Virus record (IMG/VR): IMGVR_UViG_2799113139_000004
DNA: 64,000 nt
Reading direction: 5' to 3' (one strand)
Source: a virus
Taxonomy: Duplodnaviria > Heunggongvirae > Uroviricota > Caudoviricetes
The number at the start of each line of letters is the position of its first letter. Within the stretch, counting starts at the first letter, position 1. Below are positions 9,426-16,908 of the stretch, one piece after another. The position numbers and the translations under genes were made by a program. Under the pieces are notes generated by a model. That model was not told where the DNA came from. It was given only the letters and a program-made list of their open reading frames with translations, and did not search any database.

Positions 9426-9488
9426 GGGGACGCCCCGCCTCTGCGACCAACTCCTACTCGGTCGCCAAGGGAAGAGGGGCGGGGCGTC
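9426..9488 (+). terminator. Large stem-loop downstream of 8914-9390 (possible terminator or regulatory hairpin)
   Basis: GGGGACGCCCCGCCTCT ... AGAGGGGCGGGGCGTC inverted repeat, about 16-bp arms and about 30-nt loop. No clear U-tract. Confidence 0.4.
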
Positions 9489-9569
9489 ATCCCAAACACG
9501 CTGACACACAACAACAAACGAACGAGCGGAGAGCATCTTGATTGCCGCTAACGGCAGGAGCATTCACCC

Positions 9570-9779
9570 GTGAGCGACCCGACAAAGGCTTGCGCTTGTG
9601 GCCACGACGAGGACACCCACGTGGCTGGATTCGGTCAGTGTCTCGGCTGCGTGCGGTGCCCCGACGTGCCACACAGCGCGAAGTCCGGTCACGTCTACGG
9701 CCGCTGCATATGCACCGGCTTCCAAGTCGATGACGAATCAGCCAGCTACGCAGAACTATTGAGAGGAATGCAAGGGTGA
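9570..9779 (+). CDS. Small Cys-rich (zinc-binding) protein
   Basis: GTG start; 8 Cys and several His in 69 aa (CACGHDEDTH ... CLGCVRCPD ... CICTGF). Confidence 0.45.
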   Translation: MSDPTKACACGHDEDTHVAGFGQCLGCVRCPDVPHSAKSGHVYGRCICTGFQVDDESASYAELLRGMQG

Positions 9780-11071
9780 GCGACTACGCCAGTTTCCTTG
9801 CGCGCAAGCAGCGAAAGCCCGCCAGGCGCGGCCCGAGTATCGAACAGATGGCGCTTCACCCGTCGCTGCACGAGTGGCAAGCACGCATCACCGAATGGGC
9901 GATAAGCACTCAGCGCGCGGCGATCTGGGCCGACACTGGTCTGGGCAAGACGCGCATGCAGATCGAGTGGGCGCGCATGTCCGGTAACTCGCCGCTGATC
10001 GTGGCACCGCTGGCAGTCTGCGCTCAGACGGTCGCTGAGGCCGAGAAGATCGGTGTCGAAGCGCGGTTCGTGCGCAACGGCGACGAGATCACCGGGCCGG
10101 GCATCATCTCTGTCACCAACTATGAGCGCGTCAGCTCAATGCCGGCATCCAAGATCGACGCGGTGGTGCTCGACGAATCCAGCATCTTGAAGCAATCGGA
10201 CGGCAAGACGAGAAACCTTCTCATCGAACACTTTCAGAACGTGCCAGCGCGTCTGGCCTGCTCGGCGACGCCGGCACCCAACGACCCCGAAGAGCTGACC
10301 AATCAGTCGGAGTATCTAGGGCGCATGGCGCGTAATCACATGCTGGCCGCGTACTTCGTCCACGACAAGGACGGATGGCGACTCAAAGGGCATGCGCGCG
10401 GTCCGATGATCGACTGGATGTCTTCGTGGGCGCTGGCCATCCGGCGGCCGTCAGACATCGGGGGCGACGATGCTGGATATGTGTTGCCAGGCTTGGAGAT
10501 CAAGCCAGAGCTGATACCCGCAGACATGTCCGGCGCGCTCGTTGGTCCCGGTCCACTCGGCGGTGTGACCGAGCGTGCGCGACTACGGCGAGAGACGCTG
10601 ACAGCTCGCGTCGCGCGTGCTGCTGAGCTGGTGGCCGCCGAACCCGATGAGCCCTGGCTTCTGTGGTGCGGCCTGAATGATGAGGCCAACGCACTGGCCG
10701 CGGCGATACCCGGCGCGGTCAACGTCCACGGCGCGATGAGCCCGGAAGAGAAGGCTGAGCTACTGCTTGGCTTCGCGGCGGGTGACTACCGCGTGCTGAT
10801 CACCAAGCCATCGATCGCGTCATTCGGAATGAACTTCCAGCACTGCGCACGCATGGCCTTCGTCGGCCTCGGCGACTCGTACGAGCAGTACTACCAGTCG
10901 ATTCGGCGCTGCTATCGGTACGGCCAGACGCGCGTGGTGCACGCCCATGTCGTGTTGTCCGAACTCGAAGCGGCCATTGCAGAGAACGTCATGCGCAAGG
11001 AACAGCAGGCGTCAGAGATCACCAGCGCACTCATCGAACGAGCAGCACTGAACGGAGCCGTGGCCGCATGA
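9776..11071 (+). CDS. SNF2/DEAD-like superfamily II DNA helicase
   Basis: Walker A (ADTGLGKT), DExx box (VVLDESS) and a C-terminal helicase domain (HGAMSPEEKAELL ... YRYGQT). Confidence 0.7.
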   Translation: MSDYASFLARKQRKPARRGPSIEQMALHPSLHEWQARITEWAISTQRAAIWADTGLGKTRMQIEWARMSGNSPLIVAPLAVCAQTVAEAEKIGVEARFVRNGDEITGPGIISVTNYERVSSMPASKIDAVVLDESSILKQSDGKTRNLLIEHFQNVPARLACSATPAPNDPEELTNQSEYLGRMARNHMLAAYFVHDKDGWRLKGHARGPMIDWMSSWALAIRRPSDIGGDDAGYVLPGLEIKPELIPADMSGALVGPGPLGGVTERARLRRETLTARVARAAELVAAEPDEPWLLWCGLNDEANALAAAIPGAVNVHGAMSPEEKAELLLGFAAGDYRVLITKPSIASFGMNFQHCARMAFVGLGDSYEQYYQSIRRCYRYGQTRVVHAHVVLSELEAAIAENVMRKEQQASEITSALIERAALNGAVAA

Positions 11072-12042
11072 TGGAGAATCTGGACGAGTATCGCGAGGAT
11101 GAGGCGCATGGGTCGAATTGGTCGCTGTACCTTGGCGACTCGTGCGAGCGGCTGGCCGAATTCGACACGGAAAGCATCGACTTGACGGTCTGCTCGCCAC
11201 CGTTCGACAGCCTGTACACCTACTCGCCGTCGATGCGTGACCTCGGCAACAGCAGCTCGCGCATCGAGTTCCTGGACCATTACCGCTTCATCGTCGAGCA
11301 TCAGCTACGCATCACCAAGCCGGGACGTAACGCGTGCGTTCACGTCCAGCAGATAGCGACGAAGAAGGCTGTAGACGGGTATGTCGGCCTGACCGACTTC
11401 CGCGGTGACGTGATCCGGCTGTTTCAGTCGGTCGGCTGGATCTACTTCGGCGAGGCGACCGTCTGGAAGAACCCGCAGGCGCAGAGCATTCGGACCAAGA
11501 GCCAGCAGCTCACCTTCACGTCCAAGAACCGCGACAGTGCGCGCATCAGGCCGGCGCTGGCCGACTACCTGCTGATCTTCAAGAAGCCCGGAGAGAACGC
11601 TGTACGCATCCCGCATGAGGTCAACGCGGGCGAGGTCACCAACGATGACTGGATCGAGTGGGCAGCGCCGATCTGGGAGGACCGGCACGACGGCGGCTGG
11701 CTGACCGAGGATGGCCACATCTGCCGGGTCTGGTACGGCATCCGCGAGACAGACACGCTCAACGTGCGCGTAGCGCGAGAGTCGGCCGACGAGCGCCACA
11801 TCTGCCCGCTACAGCTCGGATTCATCGACCGATGCGTCAGGCTCTACTCCAATCCCGGCGAAACGGTTCTGACGCCGTTCGCGGGCATCGGGTCGGAGCT
11901 GTACCAGTCGGTGAAGCTCGGCCGCCGCGCGATCGGCATCGAGCTGAAGCCGTCGTACTGGCAGACCGCAGTAGAGAACATGACGCGCCTCGATGGTGAA
12001 CTTGCAGCGTCGTCAACGCTTTTCGATGAGGCAACGTCATGA
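11068..12042 (+). CDS. DNA methyltransferase (beta-class N6-adenine or N4-cytosine)
   Basis: SPPF catalytic motif (DLTVCSPPFDSLY) precedes the C-terminal AdoMet motif FAGIGSE, the order typical of the beta class. Confidence 0.8.
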   Translation: MMENLDEYREDEAHGSNWSLYLGDSCERLAEFDTESIDLTVCSPPFDSLYTYSPSMRDLGNSSSRIEFLDHYRFIVEHQLRITKPGRNACVHVQQIATKKAVDGYVGLTDFRGDVIRLFQSVGWIYFGEATVWKNPQAQSIRTKSQQLTFTSKNRDSARIRPALADYLLIFKKPGENAVRIPHEVNAGEVTNDDWIEWAAPIWEDRHDGGWLTEDGHICRVWYGIRETDTLNVRVARESADERHICPLQLGFIDRCVRLYSNPGETVLTPFAGIGSELYQSVKLGRRAIGIELKPSYWQTAVENMTRLDGELAASSTLFDEATS

Positions 12043-12251
12043 GTGAGTTGACTAACCGTGTTCGTGAGGTCGCCCGAATGGTCATCGCGGACGCTGAAGA
12101 TGATGTGCAGAGATTCAACGGCAAGCGTCTGACCGGCGATCTAGTCGGTGAGATACAAGGCTGCACCAATGGTCTCATCTTCGGTCTGGCGAGCTGCATA
12201 GAGAATCTGGCAGACGAGATCGATCGCCTAGATCAACCGAAACAGCCATGA
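12039..12251 (+). CDS. Hypothetical protein
   Basis: 70-aa ORF with ATGA overlap. Confidence 0.4.
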   Translation: MSELTNRVREVARMVIADAEDDVQRFNGKRLTGDLVGEIQGCTNGLIFGLASCIENLADEIDRLDQPKQP

Positions 12252-12943
12252 CCATCGGATACTTCACCAGTTGCGCGGCATGCGGCGAGCTGTTGCGCAT
12301 CGAGCGTGACGACCAGCGCATTCACGACACCTGTGAGGAGCCGTTGCCGTCGCGCGCCGACGTGTTGCAAATGGAACTGCGCGCGTGCGTCTACATGGGT
12401 GATCAACAGAAGCTCGAAGCGGAGATCATCGCCGAACTCGACCAGATCGAGAGCCGACCACCGAACCTGGGGCTAGCGGCGGTCACGTACGCCACCGAAT
12501 ACGGCTGGCCAGTGTTCCCGCTGCTCCCAGGCGGCAAGAAGCCGGCCATCCCGAAGAGCGCTGGCGGCAATGGATTCAAAGACGCGACGACCGACGTCGA
12601 ACGCATCAAGAAGTTCTGGACCAAGAACCCGACGTGCAACATCGGCGTGCCGACCGGCATTCACTTCGACGTGATCGACGTAGACCCACCGAACGGCATG
12701 CTGTCGTATCTGGAGCTGGTAGGCGATGGTCTGCTGCCCGAGGTGCATGGACAGGCCAGGACGCCGCGTGGGCTGTTCCATCTGTTCATAGAGCCGACCG
12801 GCGACGGGAACTCGGCCGACATGAAGCCCGGCATCGACTACCGCGGAGCGGGCGGTTACGTCGTCGTCGCACCATCGATCGTCGGTGAGCAGCGGTATCG
12901 ATGGGCGGTCAAGCCCAGTCCGAAACTTAAACCAGTGGGGTGA
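12248..12943 (+). CDS. Bifunctional primase-polymerase (prim-pol) N-terminal domain protein
   Basis: GWPVFPLLPGGKKP ... NIGVPTG ... VIDVD motifs match the prim-pol domain; N-terminal Cys cluster. Confidence 0.6.
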   Translation: MTIGYFTSCAACGELLRIERDDQRIHDTCEEPLPSRADVLQMELRACVYMGDQQKLEAEIIAELDQIESRPPNLGLAAVTYATEYGWPVFPLLPGGKKPAIPKSAGGNGFKDATTDVERIKKFWTKNPTCNIGVPTGIHFDVIDVDPPNGMLSYLELVGDGLLPEVHGQARTPRGLFHLFIEPTGDGNSADMKPGIDYRGAGGYVVVAPSIVGEQRYRWAVKPSPKLKPVG

Positions 12944-13034
12944 TACACATCACCCAGTAGTTCATAGATGTAGTAGAGTGCTCTACTAGCCGAGCTTCGG
13001 CACATCACAACAATCCCAGCGGAAGAGGGACGAA
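12944..13034. promoter_or_regulatory. Regulatory region with palindromic operator TAGTAGAGTGCTCTACTA and GGTGAT..ATCACC inverted repeat
   Basis: The palindrome at 12971-12988 matches the consensus seen at 58577-58596 and 61535-61554. An A/C-rich leader plus SD lies upstream of 13035. Confidence 0.5.
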
Positions 13035-13352
13035 ATGAACAGACAGAACGAATGCACGGATCACGTCCACGTCTCTATCAAGGAGATCAGCGACGAGGTT
13101 CTTCTTGAGATCTGGCTCGACGGATTCGCGAGCGGCGCGATGTCGTTGATGGCGAATGCGATCGACGGTGATCCTGACGGTCCGACCGAAGAGCGTCAGC
13201 TTGAGCTAGCTCATGCGATGGTCGCGTCGCTCATGAACGACCCTGTGGCGGTAGCGACCACGCGCAAAAACATCTTCGCGCGCATGACTGTCGGCAATCT
13301 CGCTGCTGGCGTGACCAAGATCGACTCAGGCAAGAAGGTCAAGCAGTCATGA
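13035..13352 (+). CDS. Hypothetical protein
   Basis: Strong SD (ggaagagggacgaa ATG); 105 aa. Confidence 0.5.
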   Translation: MNRQNECTDHVHVSIKEISDEVLLEIWLDGFASGAMSLMANAIDGDPDGPTEERQLELAHAMVASLMNDPVAVATTRKNIFARMTVGNLAAGVTKIDSGKKVKQS

Positions 13353-13690
13353 GGGGCAAGATGATCGCTGCGGTCATCGCTGTCGCGTCAGCGCTCGCGC
13401 TACCGATGCCAGCACCGACCGCGAGCGCTGAACCCGGATGCGAAACAGTGCTCTGGGGATTCCTCGGTCCCCAGCGTCGCACGCTGTGTGATCAACCGAG
13501 GCGTGGTGCTCAGTGGACGCGTCTGCGCGTCATCTGGACGCCAGCGCATCAGGTCCCCATGACCTGCTCGGGTCGCTACTACGTGACCTGCTGGGGTGGG
13601 TACTTCGTCGGTCAGTCCGAGCAGTCGCGCGAGACGTATCCCGTGACTGACGACACCGTGTTACCTGACGAGCCGGGCTACTTGCGTTAA
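13349..13690 (+). CDS. Secreted protein (signal peptide) with 6 Cys
   Basis: N-terminal signal peptide (MRGKMIAAVIAVASALALPMPAPTASA), then a Cys-containing mature region. Confidence 0.5.
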   Translation: MRGKMIAAVIAVASALALPMPAPTASAEPGCETVLWGFLGPQRRTLCDQPRRGAQWTRLRVIWTPAHQVPMTCSGRYYVTCWGGYFVGQSEQSRETYPVTDDTVLPDEPGYLR

Positions 13691-13699
13691 GTCAGCTCT

Positions 13700-13724
13700 C
13701 GATATCAACCACTAGACCTATAAA
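13700..13724 (+). promoter_or_regulatory. Second copy of the 25-bp element CGATATCAACCA[G/C]TAGACCTATAAA (promoter/operator-like)
   Basis: 24/25 identical to 1354-1378. Contains a TATAAA -10-like hexamer and a CAGTAGAC/CACTAGAC operator-like half-site. Confidence 0.5.
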
Positions 13725-13892
13725 CAACAACTAGCGCAACAAGATTGGAAAGAAACCATGGTGCAGAAGAGGACTCTCAAGTGGTGGGCCAAGCGCATTC
13801 GCGTTCGGTGAGCAGCCCAACCCACCCGTCATCACGTCGATCTACGCGGAGACGATCGCGGCGCTCGGCTTCGACCCGAAGGCGTTGTGGTC

Positions 13893-14153
13893 ATGAGCAA
13901 TTCACCGTTTAGCCCAGACGCTAGCGCCGAGGCTGTGGTCTGGTACAGCGAGATCTCGAAGGGTATCGATCAGATGGTCGAGGACCACAAGCTGATCGCA
14001 GACGAAGAGCATCGCGAGCTGGGTTGCCGCTTCACGTCGACCCTTCTGAACGCCACCTACAAGTCGGCAGGCCTGAAGGAAAGCGATCTGATCGATCTCT
14101 TCGTGGTCGCGGTGGATCGTCTTGCGCAACAAGCGAAGGAGGCAGTCAAGTGA
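13893..14153 (+). CDS. Hypothetical protein (tandem paralog 1)
   Basis: ATG at 13893 (GTG at 13887 also possible). The C-terminus (LIDLFVVAVDRLAQQAKE) is homologous to the next gene. Confidence 0.5.
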   Translation: MSNSPFSPDASAEAVVWYSEISKGIDQMVEDHKLIADEEHRELGCRFTSTLLNATYKSAGLKESDLIDLFVVAVDRLAQQAKEAVK

Positions 14154-14407
14154 CCGTTCCGGCAGACGTTCGCGCCAGCGTCGATCAGTGGCACGCAACG
14201 ATCAACGATGAGCTGGACGAGATGATCGAGGCGCACATCGACGACATCGACAACGTGCATCCCGATCGTGCAACAGCGCTCGGCATGATGGCGACTCGAC
14301 TGACCATGCAGAGCCAAGAGATGGATGAGAAGGAGCTATTCGAGTTCATCAGTCTGCTGGTGATCGCCATCGATCGGTTGGCGACGAAGAAGATCGCAGA
14401 TGGCTGA
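14150..14407 (+). CDS. Hypothetical protein (tandem paralog 2)
   Basis: GTG start with a strong SD (gaaggaggcag). The C-terminus (FEFISLLVIAIDRLATKKIAD) is homologous to the previous gene. Confidence 0.5.
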   Translation: MTVPADVRASVDQWHATINDELDEMIEAHIDDIDNVHPDRATALGMMATRLTMQSQEMDEKELFEFISLLVIAIDRLATKKIADG

Positions 14408-14636
14408 CACCCGGATCATCTACAGCTTCCCCGGTCCGGTGGTGGTGCTGTTCGTCGCCATCTGCCACAACTGCGACTTCCGCTGGCCGTGCGAGACACG
14501 CGAGCAGCGTGACCAGTGGGTCGATGGACACGGAGCAGATACCGGCCACAACATCACAACGACAGTCGAGGTGCACACCAATCGGAAGATCCCCGAGTGC
14601 ACCGTGACCATCGCGCAAGCTAGCGAAAGGCATTGA
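14400..14636 (+). CDS. Small Cys-containing protein (tandem paralog A)
   Basis: Shares the CxxC ... EQRDQWVDGH ... H motif with the next gene. Confidence 0.45.
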   Translation: MADTRIIYSFPGPVVVLFVAICHNCDFRWPCETREQRDQWVDGHGADTGHNITTTVEVHTNRKIPECTVTIAQASERH

Positions 14637-14643
14637 TACACAA

Positions 14644-14865
14644 ATGATCAAGGGGATTGTTCTGAGCATCCTGGGACGACCGACGGTGACGTTCGCTGCG
14701 ATGTGTCAGGAGTGCAAGACGGAGAGAACCTATGGGTTCGCCACCGAGGAGGAGCGTGACGAGTGGGTTGACATTCACGTCGATACGACGGATCACGTCG
14801 TCTTCGTAGGTGTCGAGGTCGTGTCTCAGCCAGAGGGGGTGAGCGTTGTCCCCGCCGAACAATGA
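14644..14865 (+). CDS. Small Cys-containing protein (tandem paralog B)
   Basis: Shares the CQEC ... EERDEWVDIH motif with the previous gene. Confidence 0.45.
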   Translation: MIKGIVLSILGRPTVTFAAMCQECKTERTYGFATEEERDEWVDIHVDTTDHVVFVGVEVVSQPEGVSVVPAEQ

Positions 14866-15352
14866 GCGATGGCTACGAAAGCTGCTGACCGGCGAGCCGC
14901 ATCAGGTGATCACCAATAACGAAGGCTCACCGTATCTTCGACGCTGGTACGTCATCCCGCGCAATCGTTGGGTGAACATCTATGTTCACCAGTTCTTACG
15001 CAGCGACGACGACCGCGCGATGCACGATCACCCATGGCCATTCTTCTCCTGGGTGCTCAAGGGACGTTACTTCGAAGAGATTGATCTCGGCGTAATCGTC
15101 CGTGAGAGATGGTCATTCGCCTACCGGCCAGCGGTGCACCGGCATATTGTCCGGCTCGATGTGACGATGGTCCAAGATCGTTACGAGGATGATTCATGGG
15201 CGAGAAGCGCCAGCCCGCAGGATATTCCGGTCTGGACCCTGATAGTCACCGGGCGACGAATGCGCGAGTGGGGCTTCTGGTGTCCAGACCCCAAGACGCT
15301 GGTGGAGCGCTTCGTGCCGTGGCGGGAGTTCGGCGCGAGGGGGTGCGAATGA
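14846..15352 (+). CDS. Hypothetical protein, possible cupin-like metal-binding fold
   Basis: MHDHPWPFFSWVLKGRYFEE and HRH motifs loosely resemble the cupin/cysteine-dioxygenase HDH ... E motif. Weak. Confidence 0.45.
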   Translation: MSPPNNERWLRKLLTGEPHQVITNNEGSPYLRRWYVIPRNRWVNIYVHQFLRSDDDRAMHDHPWPFFSWVLKGRYFEEIDLGVIVRERWSFAYRPAVHRHIVRLDVTMVQDRYEDDSWARSASPQDIPVWTLIVTGRRMREWGFWCPDPKTLVERFVPWREFGARGCE

Positions 15353-15353
15353 C

Positions 15354-15545
15354 GTGGCTCGCCGCAATCGTGATCATCGTCATCGCCGCGCTTCGCGCGT
15401 TCGTCGCCAGATACACACGCTGACCAATCACCCGAAGCTACAGCACCGGATCTGCGACCGATGCGGAAAGGGGTTCGAGAGCAACAACATTCGCGCCATG
15501 CACTGTCCACCCTGTGACTTACACCAACCGAAAGGAGTGTCATGA
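15354..15545 (+). CDS. Arg-rich zinc-ribbon protein
   Basis: GTG start with GAGGGGG SD; ICDRCGKGF ... HCPPCD zinc-ribbon. An alternative 24-codon TM peptide (ATG at 15349) overlaps in another frame. Confidence 0.35.
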   Translation: MARRNRDHRHRRASRVRRQIHTLTNHPKLQHRICDRCGKGFESNNIRAMHCPPCDLHQPKGVS

Positions 15546-15970
15546 AGACACGTGAAGAAGTGCTCGACAAGCTGGACTCGCTGCGCCAGAAGGTCAGGCG
15601 CTACGAGAGTCTGCTCGCGAAGCTGCCGGAGATGCCGAAAGAGCCGTTCGGGACATTTACGGTAGTGCGATTCAAGAAGATTCGCGAACGCGACGGACAG
15701 AGTTTGACCTACGCCGCCATTCGAAACGGCGACCAGTGGACGCTCACCCAACACCCGAGTTCAAACTACCCACAGAACCCGAGACGTTGGGCCGACCTGA
15801 TGAATTGGATCGGGCAGGATCAGTGGCACACGGTAGAAGTGATGAGCGCGAGATCAACTACTGGCGTACCCGGTGCGGGTGGTGCAGGTGGTGGTGTCAG
15901 CGTCGGTGGGATATTGATCGGCCCGAATCCGCCTTCCCGCGATGAGATGAAGTTGCGAGGTCTCCTGTGA
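15542..15970 (+). CDS. Hypothetical protein
   Basis: SD (aaaggagtgtc ATG); Gly-rich C-terminal segment. Confidence 0.5.
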   Translation: MKTREEVLDKLDSLRQKVRRYESLLAKLPEMPKEPFGTFTVVRFKKIRERDGQSLTYAAIRNGDQWTLTQHPSSNYPQNPRRWADLMNWIGQDQWHTVEVMSARSTTGVPGAGGAGGGVSVGGILIGPNPPSRDEMKLRGLL

Positions 15971-16419
15971 AGATGAAGCGAGAGGCCATCATCGCGGCCG
16001 CCGATGAAGCGATCGCCAAGTACGAGGCCGACAAGATTCGGTACGCCAACGAGGTCAAGGAGTGGCAGCAGAAGCGCCGCGAACGCTGGTTTGCAGAGGA
16101 TCTGCCACATCTGAAGGCATTGCGCGACATGCTGACTCAGAAGATCCGGCATGGTGAGACCATCTCGTACGACGAGATGAAACGAGCCGTCAGAGCGCAT
16201 GACGGCTGGGGTCAAGTCAGTGATCACGCATGGGCCGAGGATCGCAACCCCAACTCACGCGAGGTCAGCCCGCCGATTCGCATTGACGTGGATGGGCTGA
16301 AGGCGCTGAAGCGGACTATCGAGGCCATCAGTGACCCCGAGGTCAGTGACGGTCAACTGGAGCGTCTGGGCTTCCGCAAGATGTACAACGTCTTCCGTGC
16401 CGCTGCTGGCGTGCCGTGA
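15967..16419 (+). CDS. Hypothetical protein
   Basis: GTG at 15967 or ATG at 15973; 150 aa, coiled-coil-like N-terminus. Confidence 0.45.
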   Translation: MKMKREAIIAAADEAIAKYEADKIRYANEVKEWQQKRRERWFAEDLPHLKALRDMLTQKIRHGETISYDEMKRAVRAHDGWGQVSDHAWAEDRNPNSREVSPPIRIDVDGLKALKRTIEAISDPEVSDGQLERLGFRKMYNVFRAAAGVP

Positions 16420-16613
16420 TGATGACCGAAACCACGATCGAAACGGGCAAGGCACAGACGCTAGGCGAGATCGAAGATCTGCTCGCGAAGGCGTATCAGC
16501 TCGGAGGCAACCGCGATACCCGCTGGAGTGTGGTGAGCAAGGTATGTGGCGGATACGAATTCACGGGTGATGCCAAGGAGTTTCAGGCCATCAGCGTGAA
16601 GTTGACGAGCTGA
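16416..16613 (+). CDS. Hypothetical protein
   Basis: 65 aa; start overlaps the upstream stop. Confidence 0.4.
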   Translation: MMMTETTIETGKAQTLGEIEDLLAKAYQLGGNRDTRWSVVSKVCGGYEFTGDAKEFQAISVKLTS

Positions 16614-16698
16614 CTGCACGTCGGCGCACGCGCGGGGGTCAGTGCGCCGACGTGGCCCACAATGAGAGCAGTCGCAACACTGCCGAAGGGAATGCTTC

Positions 16699-16905
16699 GT
16701 GACGACGACCGACATACCCCAACATCAGATCTGCGGGCCGAAGTCGCTGATAGATCGCGTTATCGCCGGTGAAGAACTACTTGAGCTGACGCGCGAAGAG
16801 TTCGCTAATGCCGAAGGCGAATGGGTGGCAATCTCGGTGCCCGAGAAGGTCGCTCAGCGCTGGGCCGCTGTCGGCTCGCAGTCCGGCGAGCTATGGCCAG
16901 CGTAA
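16699..16905 (+). CDS. Hypothetical protein
   Basis: GTG start; 68 aa. Confidence 0.35.
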   Translation: MTTTDIPQHQICGPKSLIDRVIAGEELLELTREEFANAEGEWVAISVPEKVAQRWAAVGSQSGELWPA

Positions 16906-16908
16906 ACC

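Noticed and set aside
15349-15423. 24-codon TM peptide MTWLAAIVIIVIAALRAFVARYTR
   Set aside because: It is mutually exclusive with the zinc-ribbon ORF at 15354-15545, which has the better SD and a recognisable fold. It is kept only as an alternative.
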